Below, piece after piece: positions 12,501-24,500 of a stretch of DNA of 64,000 bases. Made by a program: the position numbers and the translations under genes. Below the pieces are notes generated by a model. The model was given only the letters and a program-made list of their open reading frames with translations. It was not told the DNA's origin and made no database searches. Within the stretch, counting starts at the first letter, position 1, and each line of letters opens with the position of its first letter. The stretch is from Podarcis vaucheri (Eukaryota). The stretch lies in the NCBI GenBank assembly GCA_965113315.1, contig OZ220369.1. One strand, written 5' to 3'.

Positions 12501-15500
12501 TCGTTCTGGGCTTGGTTTCCATTGGTTTATTCTCCCCGTCCCCCCTTTGTGGCCCTGAAGGGAGGCTTGGGGGAGGGTGAGCGAGGGAGAGTGAGAGAGA
12601 GAGAAAGAGAGACAGCCCCCCACCCACTATGGCACCAGAGCCCCAGCTGAGGGAGCTGGTGGGCCCTGGAGTTGTTTTTGTGCTGGCAAATGAAGGGACC
12701 CTAGTTCTGCTTCTTCCCATAGCTGCCCTTCAGCTTACTCCAATCTATTTCTGCATTCAAGGGCCATTGGCAATTGCACAGCCTCTGCCTGGACACGGCT
12801 ACCTTTGCCATCCCAGGCAAGTTTTCTGTTACAGCAGGGCCAATGCCTCACACTGTGCATGCTGATTCCAATTGGGAAGACTTTAAAAACTTTTCAGTGA
12901 ATTTCTAAATTGCAACAGGTTTTTGTTTCTTTTTAAAGCAATTTGGCCAGCGTAGCGAAAATGCTGAAGTGGGGAAGAGAAGAGCTATAGTGGGAGATTT
13001 TGTTTTCAAATGGCCACAGCCAGTGTGCCCACAACGCAGCTTTAACCCATGGCGAGAGAGGGGGCCCCCTGCCAAATATGCACAGAAGGAATTGGAAGCA
13101 AGACCAGTATCTGGCAGGCAAAAATTGTGACTCCAGGCAAAGGGAAAAAGGAAACCTATTTTTAATCTGAGCCAGCAGTGACTACAGTTTGTTCTGTTGC
13201 TTACAGTTACCTAATAGAGAGAGGGGCAGAGAGAGAGGCAGAGAGAAAGAATTCTGTCCGCAGGAATTATGCAGCCAATAGCCAATGGTGACAAGTGCAA
13301 AATAGACTAGGGTCTTTCTTTTTTCCTCCCACTAACGTTGAAGTTTTATTTATTTTTCATATAACATGTTTACTGGGCTGTTGGTTTTCACATAATTTTA
13401 TTAAGTTGCAACTATCTGGCTCTGATTTCTGAGCTGTTTAGAAGTGATACTTCCTGTGGAACAGTGATAAGACAGGTACTTTTGCTTTTGGACAGATGAA
13501 CACCAGATTTTTTTGGTCTGTTGCTGGTGTGCATTGGCTGATTTTCTGGGAATATAGACTTTCTATGCCTCAGCCTATTTAAGCAGAAGTAGACATGCTT
13601 AATGCTTTATGCTTCTCAGGTCAGATATTTACCATCCTACTTTGCTTGTGCCCCCACTTTTCACACTAGAGGCAGAGCAAATTTTGAACCATATATCTGT
13701 GCCAAATTTAATATAAGAACTAGCAGCCAATTCTTGCTCTCAATTTGTGTGTTTCTCAACAGCTGGAGGATCAGTAGAATGGCAGAGTTGAGCAAACGGG
13801 CCAGAAACTGTCCGTTCAGCTGTGTTAAAGTGTTTGGGAAGTTTCAAGAAGAACATTGAGGTTTTGAGAGAGAAATGACATTTATCTGTTAGGCGTTTTG
13901 ATGGAAAACAAGTGATCTCTTTCTGCCTGAAATAGACACTGCAGCCTGTTCTGTAGGTTTGTATGCTAGTGAGAGACTGTCTGCCGTTTCTGTTTCCGAA
14001 TATTATATTTGGTGTGGGAAGTAGGTTATTTAAGTGTATCACAGTAAACTTTGGCACTTAGGAAAGCTGGTTTCTGCTGAGAAAGAGCTTGAACTCTCCA
14101 GATGTTTCCGCAAGGTAGTGGCAGTTGATCTGAAGGCTCCTTGATTTCTGATGACACTCTCTCTCTGCTTGTTGGTTGTTGTTGTGAACCCATTTGCAGT
14201 CTCCTCTTTTGCTTTATTGTTCATAGCAGATTTTCTGTTAATGTTCGGGGGGGGGATAGTGAGTGTGGCTTTTCTCATGTGTGTTGTGGGAGAGGATAGG
14301 GGAGAAATCTTGAGTTGATTCTACAGCATTGCAGGTCTACCCGTCCCCACACGCTCAGCTGCACTGAATATGCCACAGGATTTTGCTTGCTTTCCGGTAA
14401 AAAAGGGAAGGAGTGCCCAGTGAAGTTTTTAGAGGTTTCTACAGCTGCACTTAGAAAGCTTCATATATGCCAAGAGATCAGCATCCCTAGGTCAGGCTGA
14501 CTTGTCTTTCAAGTTGTGGCTGTGCCACAGACAGAGCTCTCCATCCTGCACTCAACTTAGCGTTTGGTTTTTCAGCAAACACTTCTCCCCCTGCCCTCCT
14601 TCAGCTATGTTAGTGTTAGGGTACCTTTTGGCTATCTAACAACTTTGGCAGGCACCCCCACCACCCACATTTTGAGCAGTGCATTCACCTGGCAGCAGAG
14701 TTTTACCTTCTGGGTTTTTGGTACCTGTCTGTCACTGTCCTGCAGCACAGCTTTGACTGTGAGAGTGTGTGTGTGTATGTGTGTTGGGTTTTTTGTTTGA
14801 TTTTCCCTTGTGGGTTTCTTTTGCATACAGTGTGACAGTTTTTTGCCTTTTGTTGTGGTGTTTCTGACTCTCTGTGCCTTTCCTTTTTGTGTTTTTGTTT
14901 CTCCTGCTTCTCCTCAGTTTGCAGCGGGGCCTCGACCTGCCCATCATCATCAGGTACAGTACCCTCCTTGCCCCTCTTCACTACGCCTCCCCTTTGCTGC
15001 CAACTGGTTGGGAGGAAAATGTGTAGGGGGGGTGTTACTTGGCTAGCCTTCCACTAATTCCGCAGGCCATGTCCTGCACCTTGCTTTCTTAGAACCCCCC
15101 CCCCTTTCTAAAGAACCCCCTAACCCCATGGCACAGTCAAGCTTCATCTTCTAATGGTTACTAATTCTGTTGCATCAATTAACAACCCCACTAACTGTGC
15201 TCCCTGGCTTTTGCTGCTGCCACAAAGCTTTTTGATGGCTGTTGGTCTGGGATCTTTGATGTTTGCTTGGTCAGGGGGTGTGTGTGCGTGTGTGTGCTTA
15301 GTTTGGTTATCTAGTTCTCTTGGGCACCAGGGGAAATGGGGTCAGAATCCAAAAGACTTGCCCGAAGCAATTGCCACATTACAGTACTCCCAAGTACTTT
15401 CCATTCTGAGGATGGCAACATTCCACCTGAAATAAAAACGCCATGAACGTCCACTGCAGTCAGGAGACTGCTTGATTTTCTTTACCAAATAGAGCCATGC

Positions 15501-18500
15501 TAAGTTGGAAACACGAGAAAAATCTTGAATAGTGAAATCGGTTTCTGGGTTCAGGGGTTTTTCTCTGGTCTTATGGGGCTGGCCCAGCCCACCTTCCATG
15601 CCACCTTCAAGGCAGCATCTAGGGGAGGTGTTCATCATCTGAGGTTGACTGTTCTGGATGGACCTATGAGTCAGCCACATTTCTACAACCCATCCTTGGT
15701 CAGAAACAACTCATGAAAAGGGGGTTACACCGTTGTTTCATCTGAGCCGAAGCATACTGGAGTGGTGAAAGAGTAGGTCTGTGTAGCCCATCACACAAGT
15801 CACATCATAGGAGGGGGGTTCTTCCCCATTGTAGCCTTAAATCATCAGGGAATAAGTTAATTATGATGTGCTCATCTTCTCTTTCCCCGCCCTGCCCCCC
15901 AGAACAGACAGCCTGAGTTACTCTTGTGGCTGCTACTTGCTGTGTGGAGGGGTGTGGCTTTTAGATGTGCTATTTCTGGTTAAAATGAGACAGTGTTGTG
16001 GCTTCTTCAGTTCTACATGCTGGAGATGCCAGATCCCATATTTTCTGTGGCTGTTAAAAGGGCCCACATCAGTGGGGGGCAGGGGAGTACTGGGCTTCCT
16101 GGCTGGTGCTGTAGATTTTCAAATATCCTTTTACCATCTTCAGTGCTGGACGCGGTTACAGTTAGGTTAGTTTAGCTTTAGAGACGGCTTTGAAAAGTGT
16201 TGTAACTTGCCGTAAACCTTTATGGTGTCCCATTGATTAGAAACCCAACTCAAAATAACAAAGGGTTAGCTTGGCGCCAGAGTTCAGCTTAACTTCACAT
16301 GGTACCAAATGGCTCAAAGCAAATGGGTGATGAGGAGGCAACTGGATTGATGGAGAGTTGTGGAAAGCTTCTTGGTTGTCAGGTGCAACTTGAGGTTCCT
16401 TCCCATCCCTCCTGCTGCCTTTGAAAATGACAGGAACTCTGATAGTCTAATGCGGAGCACACTCACAGGCATCGTTTCCTGCAGTTATTGTGTCATAAGA
16501 TGTTCAGGTCAGTTTGACTCATGTGCTCGCGCCATTAACTGGCAGCTCCTCCGGCCCAGCTGCTGTGACGCTTGGTGAGGCTCACTGAACTTGCCAACTG
16601 CTATTTGAAGACCGAGGGGGCTGTGGGCACGTCTTCCTCCAGGAGGAGCGCTATTCCTGGGGCCCTTCTTGCTTCTGCGCTCATTCAATTAGCGCAAAGT
16701 GTTTGCACAAAGATGTGCAACACAAAGCTGTTGGAAGCAACTGTGAACTCCCCTGTGGGGAGGAGCAGCAAACCTTGTCAAGGAAAGGAGGGAGGGTGTG
16801 AAAACACTCTGCTTACCAGGAACTGAGGTTTGCCTTAGAGTGGGAGGGGTTTCTCCTTGGCAGCCTTTGACTCCTGCCTCATTAGGGAATCACATTTTCT
16901 ATTTAAGAAAATTTCTATTTTAGTTCCCGCTGGGCAGATGCTGTGAATTCTGTCAGGCCTCTTAGTTTCGGGACTGCTGAGCAAGGATTCTTGTGCCAGT
17001 CTTGTTTCTCCAGCAGGCTTGGTTCCTTCTACACACTTCTGGTGTGGTACACAGGTGGAACAATCCCTGCCCCCCCCCCCGATTGGCTCTGTCACCTTCC
17101 AAAGGGCAGGGATTCTTCTGAGCTCTTCAAGCTCCCATTTCCACTTTTATTTATTTTCTTTTTCCTCTCTTTCTCTCTCCCACCCCCCTTCCTTAGGTAG
17201 TACCTGAGGGTCCCAAGATAACATGTTAGAGAGTAAAGCAGTAGCAGGGGAGTAAGCTTCCCACCCCCCAGCCAAGATGTTGTCCTCAAACTGCAGCTAG
17301 GTGCCTTGAGCCAGATCCAGCCCTCCTCTGATGCTGGAAGAAAATGAGCTCTTTGTTCACACACTCACTCCGTCCTCCATTCACGCAAACAAGAAGTGTG
17401 ACTAGTGGTCAAGGGCACATTCCAGAAAGGCTGAAACATTTGGGGTTCAAAGCAAGGGCTAGTGGTTGGTGCTGCCTAGAGTCCTGAGGGCCACCAGATC
17501 GAGAAGTGTGGAGAGCGGTGTTCAGGCCCTGGGTCTGAGGCCCCCTACCTCTTCCCTAATGGAAGCAGTTTTGCTCATCCTCTCATCCGGAGGCTGCTCT
17601 GTCAGGCAGCTGAAACTGTTGGGCTTGGGAAGTTGGGTGTGTCTGGGCATCCCACTGATGACCACCATCACAAAACCTGCGTCTTAACTGCACCAGCCAT
17701 GAGGGCCAGGGACAAGCCAGTGGGCCTGCTGCATAGGCTTGGCCTTGACTCTTTGTGTTCCTGATTTGGCTCCTCCAGTGGGATTTGGAACAGGGGCCGG
17801 TATTTTGAACTGTTTGACAGAACAATTGTAAAAGAACACCAATTCATCTCTGACTCTCTGCTGCAGCCTTGGTCTCCATCATCTTGTCTGGAACCCTGAA
17901 TTTCTTCACTAGTCTGCTAGTATTGCAAGTTGCAGGAGTTGGGATCTGGGAGGGGAGTAGCAGCTGCAGGAGTCTTGCATGTTCCCCTTCCAGACCCTTT
18001 TCTGGTGCTGTTTTCAGAGCAGCATATTGGGATTTCTTTCCAGCTCTTGAAGCTGGTCAGGTACTTGGTTGTGTTTGCTTGATCATCAAAGAGACTTCAG
18101 CTAGTTGAGTCCCTGAGCGGCTGCTAGACCTGGTCTGCTCTCCAAACAGGAAACAAAATGCAAAGCTCCAAAGCATCACTTTTCCTTCTCTCCGCCCCAC
18201 AGGCTGTCTCAGCAGGTCAAAAGTGGTTCTTTTGAGGGGTGGCCCAGACAATCTCCGAATTCCTTACGATCCCCTCTGTGCCAGTTTTACATGCCTGGAG
18301 AGTTTTCCAGCTGATGTATTGTGCAGCCTTGAGATTTCTCTGTAAGCGAGGCTGCTTTCCAAGGAGGGAGAACTGAGGCAGGCTTGTCCAAGGCCAGCCA
18401 GTACATCCCTGGTGGCTGTGGTTTGACTTGACCCTGAGCTCAACCCCCCTGCACTGCTTAGACAGGACAAAATTTGTCAGTGGCCTGCTGTGTGTCCTGG

Positions 18501-21500
18501 TTTCTGTGCAGAAGATTGAAAGAGGAGGCCTCATTGCCATCTAAACCTGGAGCAGCCAGCCAGCAAGGCTGCTCTTGATAGCCAGCATAGCTGTCCGTCC
18601 CTGCCAGGGGTTGTCTTCTGCATCTCTCCTCCTCCCTATCCACCCTGGAGGTGGATCTCTTCAGAGAGGTGGCTCCTTCTGTCCTCTGCAGACAACCTGT
18701 GGCTGTGAGGCAGGGAGACTTCCCTTTCCTTCCTGCTTGACCACTAAACTTGGGGCTGGTTTCTCTCATCTTTTTTTGAGACCATCAAGAGGATTTCAGC
18801 AGGGTTCTGATGATTATTGGGCTGTTTTTGTTGGAGAGGAGAAGGGACCCCCAGGAAAGGGTAGTTGTCTTTAGGGCAACTTCCTAGCCATTTTCTTTCC
18901 ACTGAAGCTTTAGTCCTGTGTTGTGTTTTGAGGAAAGCTAACGTCAGTGAAACAAATACTAATTTTACAAAGCCTTAGACTGCTGCATGATGGTGACTCT
19001 GGCCAGGGAGGAGTCCTCGATGCCTACTGGAGGGGCTAGGCAAAAGGAGGGCCTTAGGTTGCATGCTGGAACCCCACCCACCCCTCCTGTTGTTGACCTG
19101 TCAGCTGTTCCATTGGCTTTCTTTCTATTTCCTGCTGCTTTCTTGCTTCGTTGTTGAAGGGAGGATTCAGACCCATCCAGGTAACTTTCACTACTGGTTC
19201 TGCATGGCCTCACTGCCTCTCGATCACATGCGCCATTAGCGGCCAGGTGTCTTAGTGCCTGACGCATCATTTCGCACATTGAATGTTGAGCGTTGGGAGA
19301 TGTCGTCGTCACACGTCCCTAGTCCTCTGGTTGACATTTGTGTGGTCAGAGAAGTAAGCTTAGATCCAGGAAGGGGTTGCCGTCTACTTAGATCATGCCC
19401 GGAGTGATGAAGAAGCTTCCCCAGTTTCAGGCAGGTCAAGGAAGGTAAGTGTGTGGTTGGCCTAGGACTGAACGCCAGTACAGGTGTCAGGTTCCTCTTG
19501 GCAACCCCTTTAGAGAAGTGGCCTTATACAGTCCATCTCCAAATGACACCCATCACCATTCCTGCCCTGCCCCCTCGCTTCCAGGGCAGGACTCGTTAGA
19601 TGCAAAGACTATCCTGGTCGGACTCATCACTTTCCCCCGCCCCACCTACGTTGCACGTGGGCTTCCGAGGCAGAAGACCCTTGGCCAGAGAGGGCCAGCT
19701 AGTTGTTGATCAGGTGCATGGTGAAAGCACAGTGAGTGCGGCGCACTGCTCTTCCAGGAGATGGCCGGCTAAAATATGGGGCTCCTTGCTTCCCTCCTCC
19801 AGTTTTTCCAGAGGCCTCAAATCCAGCCTCCCAGAGCAGCGATCCAGAATAGCAGCCCTTCCATCCGTCCTGGTGCACAGACGCCAACCGCTGTCTATCA
19901 GACCAATCAGCACATCATGATGGTGAACCACCTTCCTATGCCGTATCCAATGCCTCAGGGCCCCCAGTACTGTATACCACAGGTAAGGTCACAGCACCCT
20001 TAAAATGATACAGTTGACTTGCATCTTAACCTGCACAATCGCAGCTTCACAGGCTTGGCACCCGGCCAGCTAACAGGGCACAAATTAAACCTACACAAGG
20101 TGAAGAACTCCTTAAGCCTGTGTGAGAGCTTCCCAGTCCCTGGTAAGCAAGTGAGAGAGCTTAAAAGCTCTCTGCCTTGCATGGGGAGGGCAAGACCCAC
20201 ACAGCGCACTGGCATTTCAGCAAGGTAGTGATGCCCATGCCAGGGTGTTTCCAGGGTTGTTTTGACTATAAGCAATTTTGGTTTTCTGTGACATCCCCAA
20301 GTTGCGAGTTGACTGTAAAGTTTTGCCATTAATGGCAGGTAGGGCAAGTCAGGGAGGGAGGCATGTAAGTGCTCCTGTTCTTTAATTCGGCTGGTGGTGA
20401 CGATATATCTGTAGCTGCCTGCAGGTTGTGTTCAATGTCGGTCCTCTTGTGACTCAGCTGGGTGCAAGTTAAATCACAGGTGTGCTTCCGTTTCCCTCCT
20501 TCCCCTGAGTTTTCAGTCCTTGGGTGGAAAAGGGGAATCGGGGCAGGTCTGGGAGGAATCTCTGGCACTTGGTATGCAGGCACCTGCCTTACCCAGGCCA
20601 TTGGCCCACCTAGCTCAGTATTGTCTACACTGACTGGCAGCAATGGCCCTCTGAGGTTTCAGGAGAAGGGGTCTTTTCCCAGCCCTATGTGAAGATGCTG
20701 CCAGGGATCAAACCTGGCGGCCTTCTGCATGCCAAGCAGGGGCTCTGCCACTTTGCTGAGACCCTTCCCCTGGAATTTTGGAACCTGCAATATATTTGTT
20801 GTATTTATTTATTGCTTTTTTAGCTCCCAGCATTCCTCAAAGGTGTTCAGAGCAGCATCGCATGGGACTGTATCCAGCTAAGTTTTACTCAGAGTAGACC
20901 CATCAAAATGAACACACCTAGGTTAACCAAGTCTGTTGATTCCAATGGATCTCCTCTGAGCAGGCCTACTGTTGGATACAACCCATGATGTTCAGTCTCC
21001 CCCTTTTTAAGTCTTCACAACAACCTGCGAGGTAGGTGGCTGCGCCCTTTGTATTGCCCTCCACTGCTGCATCTTTTCCCTCTTTGCTCTGCCTGGTGTG
21101 GGAAGAGAGGCCAGTAAGTAGTCTGGAACTGTATTGATTGTGGACTTAGTCCCTGCTGCCAAGGGACCAGCGGATCAGGAAGTGGGCCACAAACGGCCCA
21201 GCACTTGCCATGAGGCCAAGAGTTGGCGTTTGCAGGGCCGAGTGGGGAACTGCATTAATGGCATCATTAATAAGTTAGCAGGATAGCTTTTCCTGCTCAT
21301 AAAGCGCCTTGCGCCATTTTCTGAGCCTCTTGTGCCATTTCTGTTTCAGTATCGTCATAGCGGCCCTCCGTATGTGGGCCCCCCACAACAATATCCCGTT
21401 CAGCCGCCAGGGCCTGGACCATTTTACCCAGGACCGGGACCCGGAGAGTTCCCCAACGCCTATGGTAAGAAGAGGTTTCCTTTGAAGGGGGATGGGTAGC

Positions 21501-24500
21501 AGAGCAAGGGCCATTTGACGTGGTCTTTTCACCCTGTAGCCCGACCTTTATGCAAACCAGGCTTCCTGTGTTCGTATTCCACACCTTCAGCACTGTAGCA
21601 TTCCCATTTTGGCTTCTCTGTGTTAAAATGAATATATAGTAGGCCTGCAGGTTATGTTCCAGGGGTTCACATGCAAATGCAAAATCATGCAAAGCCAGGA
21701 AAAACCCCAGAATCACCCCCGTTTAACTGTCCCTGTCTTACTGGGCACTGGGAAGGTCATGCGAGGCCTCTGGAAGAGGCGGGGGAGCTTCTGTGAGATC
21801 TTGCTGGAGTCTCACACAGTCTTCCAGAGGTGTTGCGCAGCCTTCCCAGAGCTTTCACCTTGCTTATCAAGATCTGGGAAGGTTGCATGAGATCTTGTAT
21901 GACCCCTTATGGCTGCCTGCCCCCTCCAATTCGTTTATTTTCCTGCCATCTGCACAAAGCTGCAGTTGTGCAAATAAATCACATGTAAGTTGCAGGTCTA
22001 AATTGTGACTTGAGTAGATTTTCCTCTTTAATTTTGATGAATGAATTCTGTCACTTTGGCTGCATTGCCTTACTGGTGCACTCTGGTCATCCTGGGGCAG
22101 AGGGGGCAGGAAGAGAGTTAGGCAAGGACAACCAAAGCACTTAACTGCTGGAGAGCTTGCTTGGAGATCTTCCTTTGGCACCTGAGGTCAGGGCCTGCCT
22201 TGCCATCAGAAGGCGTAAAATGGTCTTTAAAAAAAAGAGGTATGGGAGTGGATTGGGGGCTGAAAATCTCTGGAAGCTGGAGTCTGCCCAGCTTTCTTGT
22301 AAAATTGGGGTGTGTTCATCACTTTGCTTAGAACCTTTGGCAAATGGGAGACTCTGAGGTCTTTACTTTCTTAGGAGTAGAGGGTGCACTTTGCTTCATT
22401 GGCTCTGGCGACAATTTTGTGTGTGTGTAGGCGCATGGGCGTGTGTGTGCAGGCATGCAGAGGTTGAGGAGGTGGCTTTGTTCCTCCAGGAAAGAAACTG
22501 AGCCTGTCATGTCATTGGCCCAGTCCTATGGAACTCTTTGCCACTGGAGATTCAGCGGGCGCCTTCTGTGCCAACTTTTAAATGCCTACTGAAAACTCTT
22601 CTGTTCCACTAGGCCTGTGCAGGCAGTTAAGAGTACATCCTTCCACAGTGGTCTAATAATGCTTGTTTTTAATTTTTTTTATGGTTTTACTGTATGGCTT
22701 TTCATTGTAGTAAGCTGCTGTGATATATACACACACACATGCAAGCCTCCCAAGCAGAGGGAGCAAGTGGCCCCTCATTTCCCTGACCCTGAGAGAGGAA
22801 AACTAGGAGTCACACTTTGAGGTAGCTCATCCTGGGTGAAGGGCACTTTGAGCACTTTGCCACAGGCAGGCAGCCAAAGGAGTGAGCCTAAGATTCTCCT
22901 TGTCCCCCTTTACCCATTGCAGGGGCACCTTTCTACCCAACTCCCCCGGTGTATCAGTCCACACCCATCATAGTGCCTACGCAGCAGCAGCAGCCAATCC
23001 CACCAGCCAAGCGGGAGAAGAAAACGGTAAGAGAGCTCTGCAGCTGAACGCTGAGCCCTGTGGGTTGAAGGGAGAAGCTGGAAATTGGGGAGGTTGGCAC
23101 TCCCCTCACCATGGGAGGAGTCTCTCTCACAGGTGTTCTATTTAAAGCCTTTGTTGTTATTTACTCACCTTCCACGGATGTGTTTTAAGGTGATATCCGC
23201 AATATAATCAAAACCGTTTAAAATAGCAGCAAACGAATGGGAAAACCCTAAAAAGAAACACCCATTGTGGAGACCTCAGCCAGCTAAGAAAGCTTTTCGG
23301 AACTAAAATGCCTCTTGGCAACACCTTAGTGGGCGTTATAATGGGGGTGCCTTTTGGGGTGGGGGTGTAACATAAAAGGGGCGCCTCTTGGGGTGGGGTT
23401 TCCTTCCACCATGTGCTGCTGTGGCCCTCTGAACTGTGAGTCGCGAGTGTCATGCTCCCCTCACAGCATGAGGCTGGGCCCCCAGCCAAGCCACCTTTTT
23501 GGGGAGGTGATTTGAGTGGGTGCTTCGTTCCATCCTTTCCAGATCCGCATCCGAGATCCCAACCAAGGGGGCAAAGACATAACAGAAGAGATCATGTCTG
23601 GTGGAGGAAGCCGCAACCCCACACCTCCCACGGTCAGGCCCTCGTCCACGCCCACCCCGCCCCAGGTAACTGCGTGGGGGTGGACACATGGTGGTGGTAG
23701 GCGGGCACTCATTCTCTGCTGTAGCCTCCTTGCGCAGCGTCAGTATCCTGGTGGCGCTTCTTGCCCTCACCCTCTCCTGCTCATCAGCTGCAAGGCAAAG
23801 ACAGTCGTCTTTGAAACGCTTCTTGCCAGAGATGAGCCAGCTTCTGAGGGCAAGGAAAGTTGGAGAAGGACCTTGGCTGCTTCAGGCGGGAGGGTCTCCA
23901 GGACTTGGGTTGTGGAACGTGCCCCAATTGTGGGTCCTCTCGGTTTATTGTTATTCAACACTTCATTATTTTTTTAACAAAGTGCTTTGAAAGGCTTTCA
24001 GTTGAATTGTGGCAACCTTTAAATCGTTGGGTTGGGGAGAGGCATGCTTTCCCCCCAAATTCCATGGCATGGGGGGTGTCCAGATAACTGGTTGTGCCTT
24101 CTCCTTTCTCGCTGCTGTGAATAGTAATTTGTCTTTCTCCCCCTGCTGCTTTTTTCCCTCCCTCCCCATGCGCTTTTTTTTATGACCGTATATCTTATTT
24201 CTCCCTTTTCTTGATTTTTTTTCCTTTCCAACCCAACTGGGTTTTCTGCCCCTCTTGCTCGCTTGTGTTCCATGTTGCTAGTTTTTATGTTCGCATGCTC
24301 ATTATCACCCTTTTTTGTACTTCAAATCCCAGCAGCTGCCCAGCCAGGTCCCCGAGCACAGCCCTGTGGCGTTCGGGGCCATGGAGAGCTCTCACCTCGC
24401 CGCCAGCACCCCCATCGCTGTGACAAGCGACCTAAAGCAAGGTGGGTGGACGGATCTCTTTGTCCCAGTTTTGAGAGGTGCTCTCCCTCTCTCTGTGAGG

